Source: an uncultured Verrucomicrobiae bacterium
GTDB lineage: Bacteria > Verrucomicrobiota > Verrucomicrobiia > Limisphaerales > Palsa-1400
Length of the DNA: 64,000 nucleotides
Assembly: GCA_963764165.1 (NCBI GenBank)
Contig: CAVXRD010000002.1
Coordinates: 3,136,001 to 3,200,000 of the forward strand
Direction: 5' to 3'
Of the stretch, positions 20,190 through 31,600 are shown in pieces. The position numbers and the translations under genes were made by a program. Position 1 is the first letter of the stretch. Every line of letters begins with the position of its first letter. The notes under the pieces are model-generated. The model did not search any database. It saw only the letters and a list, made by a program, of their open reading frames with translations, and was not told the origin of the DNA.

Positions 20190-22325
20190 ATGTTTACCAT
20201 CGAAAAAAAGTTGTCGCGCAATCGTGCAGTTTCCTCCCGTTCAATCCAATCAGCCCATTTGTTGGCAGTCCTCGCGTTGGCCGTCTTGGCCGCTTTTATG
20301 GTCCCCGCCAGAGCTTTGGCGGCGCCGATGTTCGTCCTTAAGTCAGAGATGCCTGATCCTCAGTTATATAGCGCGGGACTCAATAATGCGGGCGACTTTT
20401 GTGGCATATATAACCCTACGCCAAGCACCACCGCGCCATTTTTGAACCGCGGCGGCACGCTCGCCGACCTGACGCCGACTGACCCGAATATTCTGAGCGC
20501 TTATCCGTTGGGGATTGGGCCTCGGTTGTCGGACGGCTCCGTGATGGTGGTTGGCTTTTCGGATGACGCGGATGGATACCGCCGGCCCATTGTTTGGACG
20601 ATTGAATCGAATTTGTCGTTTTCGACTTTGGTTTTGTCGAATTACGTTTTGCCTCCCGACAGCCAGTCGCCCGGCGAACAGGGCAGCGGCGAGGCGCTGG
20701 CGGTCAACGCCTCGGGCGAAGTGGTGGGCGACGGACAGTCTTATCTGGCGGATGTGGCGATGAATTGGCAGTTGCCCGATACAACGGCGCAGGCGCAATT
20801 TTTCAGCACAGGCTCCCAAGCGGTGGCGGTCAATGCCAGCGGGCTGATGCTCGTCAACGGCATCGAGTACGATCATGGCGGCCCGCTGGACCGCGTTTCG
20901 GCGGGCGTCACTTACGGGGCACCAGATTCGACAGAAATTCCCTATGCCTATTATGATGGCAACCCGGTCAACGCCGCGGCGATGGACGGTGATTACGTTT
21001 GCGGGTCCGCCTCATTCTCGTCGAATTATGTGGGCGCGTTCGTTTGGACGATTGGCGCGCCGGGCATTGTGCAATTGCCTGCGCCTGCGGGTTATCCGAT
21101 GGATTCATCGGCGGCGAATTCAGTGAATTCCGCGGGAGACGTTGTGGGATGGATTCACACGCCGGGCAGCTACGGTGGATATTTCAATGCGTTTTGGAAA
21201 CTGAAAAATGGCTCCTACACTGGGTATATTCTCAACACGCTCTTTCCGCTGGAGCCATACCAAGCCGGAATCCCAACGCATGAAAACACGGGCGAATTTA
21301 TAAATGACAAAGGTGAGATTCTCATATTGAACGACTATGGTTCGTACAGCGACTATTCCATCCGTGTCTATGAACCTGTCACCAACGCGATCGTGCAGTT
21401 TGACCAGCCGTATTTTAGCGGCGACAAACACACTAATTCGGTGTCGGCCACTGTGGATATCTTGCGCGCGGACGGTTACACCGGGACGGTTTCGGTGCAT
21501 TACGCGACGACAGACGATACCGCCATTGCGGGACAAGATTACACAGGCGCCAGCGGCGTTCTCACTTGGACCGGCGCCGACAGTTCCGCGCGGACGATCT
21601 CTGTGCGGCTCCAGAGCAATGATCTTTACAGCGCATACGGGTCCGATTTTTACCTCGAGCTTTCCAATGTGAGCGGGGCAATCCTCGGAACCACTACGAA
21701 CGCCGAAGTTGCTATTGAAGCGTCTTACGAATCCATTGGCCTCACCAATCTTTCGAGCGTCGACAATCAATCCTTCGATGTCACCGCAAGCCAGACCAAT
21801 GTGGTGATCACGGTGACCCGGCTCGGCTGGCCGGACGGCACGCTGACCATCAGCTCCGTCACTGGCGATGACGGAACGGCAGTCGCTGGCACAGACTACA
21901 TTCAGGACACCAATGATCTGGGGCTTGCGTGGGCGCCCGGTGAAACCGGGCCAAAATCATTCGACATCGAGCTGATCCCCCACCCTGGAAACACCGAGAC
22001 GAACACATTTTATCTTTCCATTTCCGGTGACGTGGATGGGACCAACGCCGTGTACGGATTTGCCACTGTGAACATTGTGCCCGTCGGAACCGTGCCGCCG
22101 GTGGGATTCGGCACGAATAACCTCTGGGGCGCCGGACGAACCAACCTGGCGCTCAGCGTTGCAGTCGGACAAGGCCTCACAGTGACGATTCAGGAATCAA
22201 CGAATGCGCTAAACTGGGTCGATTACACCAACATTCTTTGCACAAACGGCCTCGTCACGTTTGACCCGCCAATCATAAAATCGCGACCGCTCAATCTCTT
22301 CAAACCCATCGTGAAAGGAAATTAA
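20190..22325 (+). CDS. Secreted protein with beta-propeller-like (HAF-type) repeats and Calx-beta domains
   Basis: A.AVNASG.VVG repeats; VSVHYATTDDTAIAGQDY and DGTAVAGTDY Calx-beta motifs; signal peptide. Confidence 0.85.
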   Translation: MFTIEKKLSRNRAVSSRSIQSAHLLAVLALAVLAAFMVPARALAAPMFVLKSEMPDPQLYSAGLNNAGDFCGIYNPTPSTTAPFLNRGGTLADLTPTDPNILSAYPLGIGPRLSDGSVMVVGFSDDADGYRRPIVWTIESNLSFSTLVLSNYVLPPDSQSPGEQGSGEALAVNASGEVVGDGQSYLADVAMNWQLPDTTAQAQFFSTGSQAVAVNASGLMLVNGIEYDHGGPLDRVSAGVTYGAPDSTEIPYAYYDGNPVNAAAMDGDYVCGSASFSSNYVGAFVWTIGAPGIVQLPAPAGYPMDSSAANSVNSAGDVVGWIHTPGSYGGYFNAFWKLKNGSYTGYILNTLFPLEPYQAGIPTHENTGEFINDKGEILILNDYGSYSDYSIRVYEPVTNAIVQFDQPYFSGDKHTNSVSATVDILRADGYTGTVSVHYATTDDTAIAGQDYTGASGVLTWTGADSSARTISVRLQSNDLYSAYGSDFYLELSNVSGAILGTTTNAEVAIEASYESIGLTNLSSVDNQSFDVTASQTNVVITVTRLGWPDGTLTISSVTGDDGTAVAGTDYIQDTNDLGLAWAPGETGPKSFDIELIPHPGNTETNTFYLSISGDVDGTNAVYGFATVNIVPVGTVPPVGFGTNNLWGAGRTNLALSVAVGQGLTVTIQESTNALNWVDYTNILCTNGLVTFDPPIIKSRPLNLFKPIVKGN

Positions 22326-22399
22326 AACGGGTTGTTTCGGGAGCCGGGCGCGTTTATAATACGCTGATTAGCACGAAATTCCAGCGTCTTGCGGCAACG

Positions 22400-25300
22400 A
22401 TGCTCAGCCTGTTGCCGGCACTTGTCTTTGCCGGAGCAAGCCAGGGGCAGGAATTGCGCTACGACCGCGACATCCGCCCGATTCTCTCGGACAATTGCTT
22501 TCGCTGCCACGGGCCGGAATTAAAAAGCCGCAAGGCAAAGCTGCGGCTGGATGTGCGCGAGGTGGCTCTTGAAAAAAAGGCGTTCGCGCCGGGCAAACCG
22601 GACGAAAGCGAAATAATCCGCCGCCTTGTCACCACAAACGCGGACGATCACATGCCGCCCGCGGTCATGCACAAAACCGTGACGTCCGCGCAGATTGATT
22701 TATTGCGCCGCTGGATTGCCGAGGGCGCAAAATACGAGACGCACTGGTCTTACGCGCCGCTGGTTCGCCCGCCTTTGCCGGAAGTTTCCAACGCCGATTG
22801 GCCGCAGGACGCCGTTGACAAATTCATTCTCGCGCGATTGGAAGAATCGAACATCGCGCCATCGCCACAGGCGGATCGGCGCACGTTGCTACGGCGTCTT
22901 TCCCTTGATTTGACCGGGCTGCCGCCGACGCCGAAGGAGGTGGATCAGTTTGTGAATGATTCTTCGGCTGACGCTTACGCGAACCAGGTCGAGCGCCTCC
23001 TGGCCTCGCCGCATTTTGGCGAGCGCATGGCCGTGCCGTGGCTGGATGCGGTTCGGTTTGCGGACACCGTGGGTTATCACGGCGACCAGGATCAAAATGT
23101 ATTCCCGTATCGCGATTATGTTATTGATTCGTTCAACCGCAACAAGCCTTTCGACCAGTTCACCATTGAGCAGATTGCGGGCGACCTGCTGCCCAATCCA
23201 ACGGTGGAGCAAAAAATTGCCACCGGCTTCAATCGCTTGAACTTGATGACGCGCGAAGGCGGGGCGCAGCCGAAGGAATATCTCGCCAAATACGCAGCCG
23301 ACCGCGTCCGCACGGTTTCAACGGCGTGGCTCGGATCCACGATGGCGTGCTGCCAATGTCACGATCACAAATATGATCCGTTCACCGCCAGGGATTTTTA
23401 TTCGCTCGGCGCGTTCTTTGACGATGTGAAGCAATGGGGCGTCTACATGAGTTACGGTTATTCGCCAAATCCCGAGCTGGACGGCTGGGACAACGATCAT
23501 CCATTCCCGCCGGAAATTGTAGTGACAAATCAGTTCCTACTGCGGCGAGAGGCGCAGTTGCGGGCCGAATTGAATCAGATTGTGCCGGATGCCGCCGCAA
23601 AACTTTCCGGAGACCCGAAAAAGAATTTCGACGAATGGAAAAACAATCTCCGCACATTATTAAAAAAATCGCCGGACGGCTGGAACGTCGTCACCCAGCC
23701 AGAAGTGTCGATGAAAGACACCAATTCCACGACTCAGCTTGCGGCACAACCGGACGGAACTGTGATTGCGTCGGGGAAACCCATGAAGGGTGACGCGTAT
23801 GAAGTGCGCTTCACGCCGCCGCCGGGCTGGCTGGCCGCCATCCGGCTGGAGCTGCCGCCCGTCCCTGCCAACACAAATTCTTCACTCCGCTCTCGCACGG
23901 GCCAGGCGGAAGTCAGAATTTCGGCGGAGTTGCAGCCCGTGAAGGGCAAATCCATTCGCCTCGCGCTTGGCGCGGCCGACGCGACGAGCCGTCTGCCATT
24001 GTATTCCAACGGCCATGAAATTCTTCAAATGTCCTCCGCGTGGAAATTGAGCGCCAGCGCCGGAACGAATTTGCAAAGCGCCGTTTTTCTGCTTGACACG
24101 CCAGTATTCTGCCATGACGGAGAAGCGCTAAAGCTCAAACTGACATCCACCGACCTCGCCAGCTTCCGGATCGCGACCACCGCTTTGGCCGCTGCCGCGC
24201 CGTTGCAATCCGGCGCCAGCAAAGAATTGCGGCAGGCGGCTCGCGGAATTCCCAGCAGGGCAAAAACGGAAACGCTCGCCGGGGCATGGATCCGCAGCAC
24301 GACAAACGATCTGGCCGACTACCAGCGCGTGAAAGCTTTGGAGCGCGAAATCGTCCAGTGCAACCACGGCCTGGCGCCGACACTTGTGACGGTGGCGGTG
24401 ACCAACAGCCTCGTCTCGCGCGTCCTGCCGCGCGGCAATTGGCAGGATGAGTCCGGCGAAATCGTCCAACCGGCGGTGCCGGCGTTTCTCCCGCAGCCGC
24501 CGCGCCGCGGCACGAATATCCTGACCCGGCTTGATCTCGCGCGCTGGATTGTGTCCCCGGAAAATCCACTGACACCGCGCGCCTTTGTCAACCGGCTCTG
24601 GAAACAATTGTTCGGCAATGGCCTTTCCAATCAACCAGAGGAACTCGGCACGCAGGGAGAATTTCCCACCCATCCCGAACTGATTGATTGGCTCGCTGTG
24701 GAATTTCGCGACAGCGGATGGGACGTCAAGCATATGGTGCGCCTGATGGTTATGTCCGCGACGTATCAGCAAGTCTCAAGAATCCGCCCTGACCTGCGGG
24801 ACGTCGACCCGAACAACCGCTTGCTGGCCCGCCAGAATCCGCGCCGGCTGGACGCGGAGTTTGTGCGGGACAACGCGCTGTTCATCTCTGGCTTGCTTGA
24901 TCCTGAGCTCGGCGGGCCAAGCGTGTATCCGTACCAGCCTGTGGGTTACTACTCCAACCTCCAATTTCCCGACCGCGATTATTTGGCCAGCACCGGCGCG
25001 GACCAGTATCGGCGTGGGATTTATTCGCACTGGCAGCGGACTTTCCTGCACCCGATGCTGGCGAATTTCGACGCGCCCGCGCGTGACGAATGTGTGGTGG
25101 ACCGCCCCGTTTCCACCACACCGCAACAGGCGCTGACGCTGCTAAATGACCCCTCGTTCGTCGAGGCGGCGCGCGCGTTCGCGGAAAAAATTCTCACCGC
25201 GCCGGAGGCAAAAGACGATGCTGCGCGGGTGAACCTGACCATGGAAACCGCTTTGCTGCGCCCGGCGAAAAAATCGGAGCGGGAATCACTGCTGGGATTC

Positions 25301-25468
25301 TTGGCCGAGCAGCGAAGTTATTACCGCGCCAATCTGGACGACGCGAAAAAACTTTTGCAAACCGGCCAGCATCCCACGGACGCCGCCTTGGATCCGTCCG
25401 AAGACGCCGCGTGGACGACACTCGCGCGCGTCATCCTGAATTTGCACGAAACCATCACCCGCTATTGA
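22400..25468 (+). CDS. Planctomycete-type cytochrome c / DUF1549 (PSD1) / DUF1553 protein
   Basis: DIRPILSDNCFRCHG; RRLSLDLTGLPP; CCQCHDHKYDP; PTHPELIDWLA; TTPQQALTLLN. Confidence 0.93.
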   Translation: MLSLLPALVFAGASQGQELRYDRDIRPILSDNCFRCHGPELKSRKAKLRLDVREVALEKKAFAPGKPDESEIIRRLVTTNADDHMPPAVMHKTVTSAQIDLLRRWIAEGAKYETHWSYAPLVRPPLPEVSNADWPQDAVDKFILARLEESNIAPSPQADRRTLLRRLSLDLTGLPPTPKEVDQFVNDSSADAYANQVERLLASPHFGERMAVPWLDAVRFADTVGYHGDQDQNVFPYRDYVIDSFNRNKPFDQFTIEQIAGDLLPNPTVEQKIATGFNRLNLMTREGGAQPKEYLAKYAADRVRTVSTAWLGSTMACCQCHDHKYDPFTARDFYSLGAFFDDVKQWGVYMSYGYSPNPELDGWDNDHPFPPEIVVTNQFLLRREAQLRAELNQIVPDAAAKLSGDPKKNFDEWKNNLRTLLKKSPDGWNVVTQPEVSMKDTNSTTQLAAQPDGTVIASGKPMKGDAYEVRFTPPPGWLAAIRLELPPVPANTNSSLRSRTGQAEVRISAELQPVKGKSIRLALGAADATSRLPLYSNGHEILQMSSAWKLSASAGTNLQSAVFLLDTPVFCHDGEALKLKLTSTDLASFRIATTALAAAAPLQSGASKELRQAARGIPSRAKTETLAGAWIRSTTNDLADYQRVKALEREIVQCNHGLAPTLVTVAVTNSLVSRVLPRGNWQDESGEIVQPAVPAFLPQPPRRGTNILTRLDLARWIVSPENPLTPRAFVNRLWKQLFGNGLSNQPEELGTQGEFPTHPELIDWLAVEFRDSGWDVKHMVRLMVMSATYQQVSRIRPDLRDVDPNNRLLARQNPRRLDAEFVRDNALFISGLLDPELGGPSVYPYQPVGYYSNLQFPDRDYLASTGADQYRRGIYSHWQRTFLHPMLANFDAPARDECVVDRPVSTTPQQALTLLNDPSFVEAARAFAEKILTAPEAKDDAARVNLTMETALLRPAKKSERESLLGFLAEQRSYYRANLDDAKKLLQTGQHPTDAALDPSEDAAWTTLARVILNLHETITRY

Positions 25469-25470
25469 AA

Positions 25471-26925
25471 ATGAAATCGAATTTTCAATTCAACGAAGAA
25501 GCGTTCCGGCAAAGCATCAACCGCCGCACGTTTCTGACGCGTTCCGCCTACGGGCTGGGCGGGCTTGCTCTGGCAACCCTCTTCAATCCCAAATTGCTCG
25601 CGGGCGAGACGCCGTCGCCGCACGGAATCCCCGGGTCAATCCAGCCGCTGCACTTTCCCGCCAAGGCCAAGCGCGTGATTCATTTATGCATGGCAGGCGG
25701 ACCTTCGCATCTGGAATCATTCGATAACAAACCCAAGCTCACGGAGCTGGATGGCAAACCGTTTCCCGAGTCGCTGACCAAAGGCCAGCAGCTCGCGCAA
25801 TTGCAACTGGCAACACTCAAGGCACGCGGTTCTTTCGTGGACTTCGCGCGCTACGGCAATTCGGGCCAGGAGATTTCCAGCCTGTTTCCGCATATCGCGT
25901 CCATGGCTGACGACATTTGCATCGTCCGTTCCATGCACACCGAACAGATCAACCACGATCCGGCGCACGCGTTCATGAACACCGGCTCGATCATCAAGGG
26001 CCGGCCCAGCATGGGCTCGTGGCTGTTCTACGGCCTCGGCGCGGAGACGGACAATCTGCCGGGTTTTGTGGTCTTCACCACGCAGGGAAAAATCGGCGTG
26101 CAACCCGTTTCGTCGCGGCAATGGTCGGCGGGATTCCTGCCCAGCCGTTACCAGGGGATTCAATTTCAATCGCGCGGCGACGCCGTTCATTACGTCGGCA
26201 ATCCCGCCGGAGTCTGCCAAAGCACGCAGCGCCAGGTCATTGAGGAAGTCAACCGCATGAACGGCATTCTCGAGGACGAAAAGCTCGATCCCGAAATTCA
26301 AACGCGCATCGCACAATACGAGTTGGCGTTTCGGATGCAGAGTTCCGTGCCAGAGCTGACGGATTTTGCGAGCGAGCCGCAGCACATCCTCGACATGTAC
26401 GGCATCAAGCACGTCGGCGAGGGAACGTTTGCCTCGAACTGCCTGATGGCGCGGCGGCTGGCCGAACGCGGCGTGCGTTTCATTCAGTTATATCATCGCG
26501 CATGGGATCATCACAGCGAGATTGTCAAAGGAATGACGGACGCCGCCAAGGATGTGGACCAATCGAGCGCCGCCCTGGTGCAGGACCTCAAGCAGCGCGG
26601 CATGCTGGAGGACACACTGGTGATTTGGGGCGGAGAATTCGGCCGCACGCCGATGGGCCAGGGCTCGGGCCGCGACCATCACATCAAGGCCTTCAGCATC
26701 TGGATGGCCGGGGGCGGCATCAAGCCCGGAATCACCTACGGACACACGGATGACCTCGGCTACAGCTACCTCGAAGACGGCCAGGACATGGACGTCCACG
26801 ACTTGCACGCGACAATGTTGAAGCTATGCGGCATCGACCACACAAGGCTGACCGTCCGCTACCAAGGCCGCGACTTCCGGCTAACCGATGTCCATGGACG
26901 GATCATAGACGGGATTTGCGCGTGA
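25471..26925 (+). CDS. DUF1501 sulfatase-like protein
   Basis: Tat-like RRTFL; AKRVIHLCMAGGPSHLE; WGGEFGRTP; GRDHH; RLTDVHG. Confidence 0.93.
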   Translation: MKSNFQFNEEAFRQSINRRTFLTRSAYGLGGLALATLFNPKLLAGETPSPHGIPGSIQPLHFPAKAKRVIHLCMAGGPSHLESFDNKPKLTELDGKPFPESLTKGQQLAQLQLATLKARGSFVDFARYGNSGQEISSLFPHIASMADDICIVRSMHTEQINHDPAHAFMNTGSIIKGRPSMGSWLFYGLGAETDNLPGFVVFTTQGKIGVQPVSSRQWSAGFLPSRYQGIQFQSRGDAVHYVGNPAGVCQSTQRQVIEEVNRMNGILEDEKLDPEIQTRIAQYELAFRMQSSVPELTDFASEPQHILDMYGIKHVGEGTFASNCLMARRLAERGVRFIQLYHRAWDHHSEIVKGMTDAAKDVDQSSAALVQDLKQRGMLEDTLVIWGGEFGRTPMGQGSGRDHHIKAFSIWMAGGGIKPGITYGHTDDLGYSYLEDGQDMDVHDLHATMLKLCGIDHTRLTVRYQGRDFRLTDVHGRIIDGICA

Positions 26926-27028
26926 GATCCGGCACCCGGCAGTAATCCACGCGTTGCATGTTGTTCCGTTCGGAACGGATATTTCTCTGGACTTGGAACC
27001 TAAAGAAATTAAAGACGTTGGAGCGAAT

Positions 27029-27445
27029 ATGACGTGGCTTGCGTGGGCATTGCTTTCGGCGTTGTTTGCGGGCCTTACCGCCGTGCTCGCGAAAGCTGGC
27101 GTCAAGGGCGTTGACTCGAATTTGGCCACCGCAATTCGGACTGTGGTGATCCTGATATTCGCGTGGGGAATCGCCCTTTACAGGGGAATCGAGAGCATAA
27201 ACAAAGCCTCTGGGAAAACATGGCTTTTTCTCGTTTTGTCCGGTCTTGCCACTGGGGCCTCATGGCTTTGTTATTTCCGCGCGTTGCAGATGGGCGAGGC
27301 TTCAAGAGTGGCGCCGATAGACAAGCTCAGTGTAGTGATCGCAATGCTTCTTGCTGTCGCATTCTTGGGCGAGAGCCTGACCTTGCGCCAATGCCTTGGC
27401 GCGGCGTGCATCGTGATCGGCGCGATTTTGATTGCGAGGGCTTGA
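27029..27445 (+). CDS. EamA family small transporter
   Basis: WALLSALFAGLTAVLAK.G..GVDSNLATAIR; SWLCYFRALQ; APIDKLS. Confidence 0.9.
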   Translation: MTWLAWALLSALFAGLTAVLAKAGVKGVDSNLATAIRTVVILIFAWGIALYRGIESINKASGKTWLFLVLSGLATGASWLCYFRALQMGEASRVAPIDKLSVVIAMLLAVAFLGESLTLRQCLGAACIVIGAILIARA

Positions 27446-27632
27446 GAATGCGGCGGGGGCGCATCTCATGTTTTTGAGCGGTCAAGTCAAGAACACCAAA
27501 AGGCGCCACCCAAAATAATCATATCGGTGAAATCTGAGAGGACGGATGGCAGCGAATGCGGGGCGGTTTGTCACTTATAATTAACTTGATGTTTGGCCGC
27601 TTTGGCATTTAGATAGCCGCTTTCCAAGACGC

Positions 27633-28016
27633 TTGTTCACGGAAGAGAACAATTTTAAGTCGGCGTACTGCGCGCGCTTTCGCGTCGCGCCAGAACAATA
27701 TGAATCGAGTATTCTGCGTCGATGCCTGCCCCTTCATGCCAGGCTGGCCGCCCCGCTGCTGATCGCGTTCGGTTCACAGCTTTTCGCAAAGGATCTGGAA
27801 TTCGTTCACTATTTGGGTGACACCACCACGCGGCGCGAGGTGCGGATGCAGTTGGACGCATTCAATTACGAGCGCCGCCTGAAGCCAAGACCAGTGAAAA
27901 ACATCTTCCGCCTGTGGGTGTCGGCGTCGAAGGTTCTCCGCTTGAGCAATGAGCTTCTGCCACGGCGTTCAACAACCGGGGAAGGCGCTGGCGAAGTTCG
28001 ACTCGAGAATCCCTGA
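27633..28016 (+). CDS. Hypothetical protein
   Basis: 127-aa ORF filling the gap between EamA and the convergent ECF gene. Confidence 0.55.
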   Translation: MFTEENNFKSAYCARFRVAPEQYESSILRRCLPLHARLAAPLLIAFGSQLFAKDLEFVHYLGDTTTRREVRMQLDAFNYERRLKPRPVKNIFRLWVSASKVLRLSNELLPRRSTTGEGAGEVRLENP

Positions 28017-28024
28017 CCGATTCT

Positions 28025-28615
28025 TCAAGGAGCCTTTGCCGCCTTTTGAACGCCTGAAGGCGGGCCGCCATCGGATAGTTCCCGGTGCAGCCAAGCTTTC
28101 GCAAAAGACCAATCTCGTTTCGCCGTGGTAATGGAAATTTGGAGCGATTCAGCGGATTCCTCAATGGTCATTCCGACAAAATACCGGAGCTTGACGAGTT
28201 CGGCTTTCTGGGGATGCGACTGCGCGAACTTGTCAAGCGATTCACTGATGGCGACCAGGCGGGAGTCATCGTCGGGGGCCGCCAGCGAGTCGTCGAATTC
28301 CACCCGCGATTGCCCGCCGCCATGGCGAATGGCGCTCTTGCGCCGGGCGCGGTCGACGAGGATGCGCCTCATCGCCTCCGCTGCCGCGCCGAAAAAATGG
28401 GCGCGCCCGTCCCAATGGTCCTGCTTGCCTCCGCTCAGCTTGATCCAAGCCTCGTGAACGAGGGCCGTGGGTTGCAATGTATGCCCGCCCGGCTCCTGCG
28501 CCATGCGCCGGGCGGCGAGCTGGCGAAGCTCATGGTAAACCAAGGGCAGCAATTCCGCGGCGGCCTGGCGGTCCCCGCCTTCGATGGCTTCGAGAAGTTT
28601 TGGAACGGGATTCAT
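28025..28615 (-). CDS. ECF sigma factor, TIGR02999/ECF43-like
   Basis: HTLQPTALVHEAWIKL; AAAEAMRRILVDRARRK; LVKLRYFVG; KRDWSFAKAWL. Confidence 0.93.
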   Translation of the reverse strand: MNPVPKLLEAIEGGDRQAAAELLPLVYHELRQLAARRMAQEPGGHTLQPTALVHEAWIKLSGGKQDHWDGRAHFFGAAAEAMRRILVDRARRKSAIRHGGGQSRVEFDDSLAAPDDDSRLVAISESLDKFAQSHPQKAELVKLRYFVGMTIEESAESLQISITTAKRDWSFAKAWLHRELSDGGPPSGVQKAAKAP

Positions 28616-28630
28616 TTCCTAAACGGGCAT

Positions 28631-31600
28631 TTATTTGTTTGCGGCCATGGGTGGAACGCTATCGGGCGAATCATTCCAATCAAGACCCAATGCGGCCACC
28701 TTCGCGCGCAGCGCGCGAAGATCCCACAATTGCAACTCGCCGCCTGATTCCACCGCCGCCAGGCGTTTCCCGTCGGCATCGAGGGCGATCGCCGAAAACG
28801 CCAGTGCCGAACCGGGAGCCCGAATATTATACAAGACGCGATGGCTTGCGCTGTCCATGATCGCAATGCGGTTGAAGTCGTGAACATAGGCGGCGAACCT
28901 GCCGTTCCGCGAAAAGGCCATCCTGTTTACCTGCTGAATCCAATCTCCGCCCTGCCGCCATGAACCTGCCGTGCCGTTCGTTTTCCATGTTTGGTAATCC
29001 GTCGAAATCAGGACGTAGGAAGCGCTATCCGGCGCGAAAGCGACGCGCGCGCGGCTTGGCATGGCAAACGATCGATCCAGCCCGCCGGCGGCGACGTTCC
29101 AAATTTTGGCCTCGGTATTTTGCCACGAACCGGTGCCGACCCAGTGCCCATCCGGGCTGATGGCAATGTAGTCGGCGTTCTTGTGCGTGCGCAAATGAAC
29201 GACGTTCGATGGGGAAGCCGGATCGACGACCACAGCCTCGCCGGCCCCGTAATCCGCCACCGCCAAATGGCGGCCCGACCGGTCGATGGCCACCTCGCGA
29301 AGTTCGGGAGAGGCGTAAACGGTTTCCGGCTCTCCCAACTCCCAGCCTGGCTTTTTCCGAACGAGCGGTCGTTTGACCAGCCCAACACCGCGCTCGCTGA
29401 CGAACAGGCTTCCGCCGTCCGGTGAGAAGACAAGCCCTTCGCAGTAATTCGACACGGCGAACCGAGCCTCGGATTTTCCGGTTTCCGCATTCCACAGTAG
29501 AATCGAATTGTCCGTGGCAACGGCTAGAAGCTGGTTGTCCGGACTGAAAGACGGCGCGACCGCATAGTGTTCCGCCGAATCGATGTGCAGCCGGTGGTAA
29601 ACGGGAGTCACATCAATGTCCAACATTCGGAAATGGCGGTCCACCGCAACGACTCCCAGTTGCCGGTCGTCGGCCGTGAAGGCCAGTGATTGGAATGTTG
29701 CTTTGATTGACACCAACTGTTCTCCCGTGTCCGGCAGCCAGAGACGGACAGATCCGTCCCAGCTTCCGCTGGCGAGGACGGAGCCCGCATGGTTGAACGC
29801 CAGGGCGACGACTGGCGCGAAGTGGCCTTCGAGCGCGAGGCGCTCCTCAAAGGTGGCCCGATCCATCAAATGCACCCGGTTGTCACGCCCCCCAATCGCC
29901 AGCCATTTGCCAGCGCAATCCCACGCCACGCAGTCCGCGCCGTAACCCAGCTTTATTGACCGTAATAACCCGCCCGAGCGAAGCTCAAAAATGTAAAGCA
30001 CACGGCCGTCTCTTGAAAGCCCGGAAAGCAGTTCGTTTTCATGGGCCAGCGCGAGATTATTGAAGTCTTGGCCGGCGGAAACGCGAAGAATTTCTTTGCC
30101 TGTCGCCGTATCGAATATCATGACACCGCCGTTTGGAGCGCCAACGGCGAGGCGGCTTCCGTCATCGCTGAATGCGTCGCTGTATCCCGCCGGGACATGG
30201 CTAAGCAGTTCCTTGCCGTGATCCACGTCCCACAGGGACACCGCGCGGTGCTCCCCATCCGGGGATTCCCAGAAAAGGGCGCGGGAGCCGTCCGGGGTGA
30301 ATCGCGCGGCGAACAGGCGATTGGTGCCGCGCGGGATCGACAACATCGGGCGGTCGCCAAAAACCGCGCGAATCGTCACGTTGGCAGGCTCGTCCAGCAG
30401 CACATACCGCGACCCATCCGGGGAGCACTCGGCGCGCCGTCTTTCCAGAACCCAGTTGGAGAGTGAATAATAACCGGGCGTGCCAAGTTTCACGTCAGTC
30501 AACGCCAGGGCCGCGATGGCCTCGTCGCGAACTTCGTCTGTCACGCGAATAGAGGCGGCGGTCAAAATCGCGGCCAGACTTTTTTCTTTTTGACCTGCCT
30601 GGTGGCTCGAAGAAAGTGCGGCGGCCTCGGCCAGCGACGAATTCCAAAGACGGTCGGTCGCCACGCGCGTCGCCCGCGCCTCGGCTTCGCGGGCGGATTG
30701 GATGCGCACCACTGCCACCAGCGTTCCGCATAGGCCGAGAATCAGGACTCCCACAAACGCGGCAGCCGCCGTCACCGCCGTCTTGTGCCGCCGGGCCGCC
30801 TTGGCCAGCAAATACCATTTGTCGGGAGGACACGCGGCCACCGGTTCGTCGGCCAGGTGGCGTGCGACGTCGCGGGCGAGGCGTTCCGCCGTTTCGTAAC
30901 GCCGCGTGCGGTCTTTTTCAAGCGCCTTGAGGACGATCCAATCCAATTCGCCGCGAATGGTGCGCACGAGTTTGGGAACATCCGTTTGGCGGCGCATCGC
31001 GGTGCTGGTGAGGTCGCCGTTGGCCATGGTTTGGAGCATGGTGGAGGGGGTGGCCGGCTCCTCTTCCCTGATGATGCGCCGAATTTCGTCAACTCCCGCG
31101 CGAAAAAGGCGGTCGCTCGGGAATGGCGTCCGTCCTGTCAACAATTCATAGAGCAGCACGCCAAGCGAATAGATGTCGCTCCGCGTATCGACGCCTTGCG
31201 CATTCATCTCGGCCTGCTCGGGGCTCATGTAGGCGGGCGTTCCCAGGAACTGCTCAAAGGCGGTGAACAGCGTTTTGTCGGTGAGCGGTTCCTGGGTGGC
31301 CTTGGCGATGCCAAAATCAATGACCTTCGGCAACGGCACCCCGTCGTTGAGTGTCACGAGAATGTTGGAGGGCTTGATGTCGCGGTGAATGATTCCCTTT
31401 TGATGCGCGTGCTGGATGGCGCCGCAGACTTGGATGAAAAGTTCGAGCCGTTCGCGGGTGGAAAGATTGTGGCTGTCACAGAATTCCGTGATTTTGACGC
31501 CGCGCACCAGTTCCATCACAAAATACGGACGGCCTGAAACGGTCGCGCCCGCGTCGAGAACCTTGGCGATGTTCGGATGATCGAGAATGGCGAGGGCCTG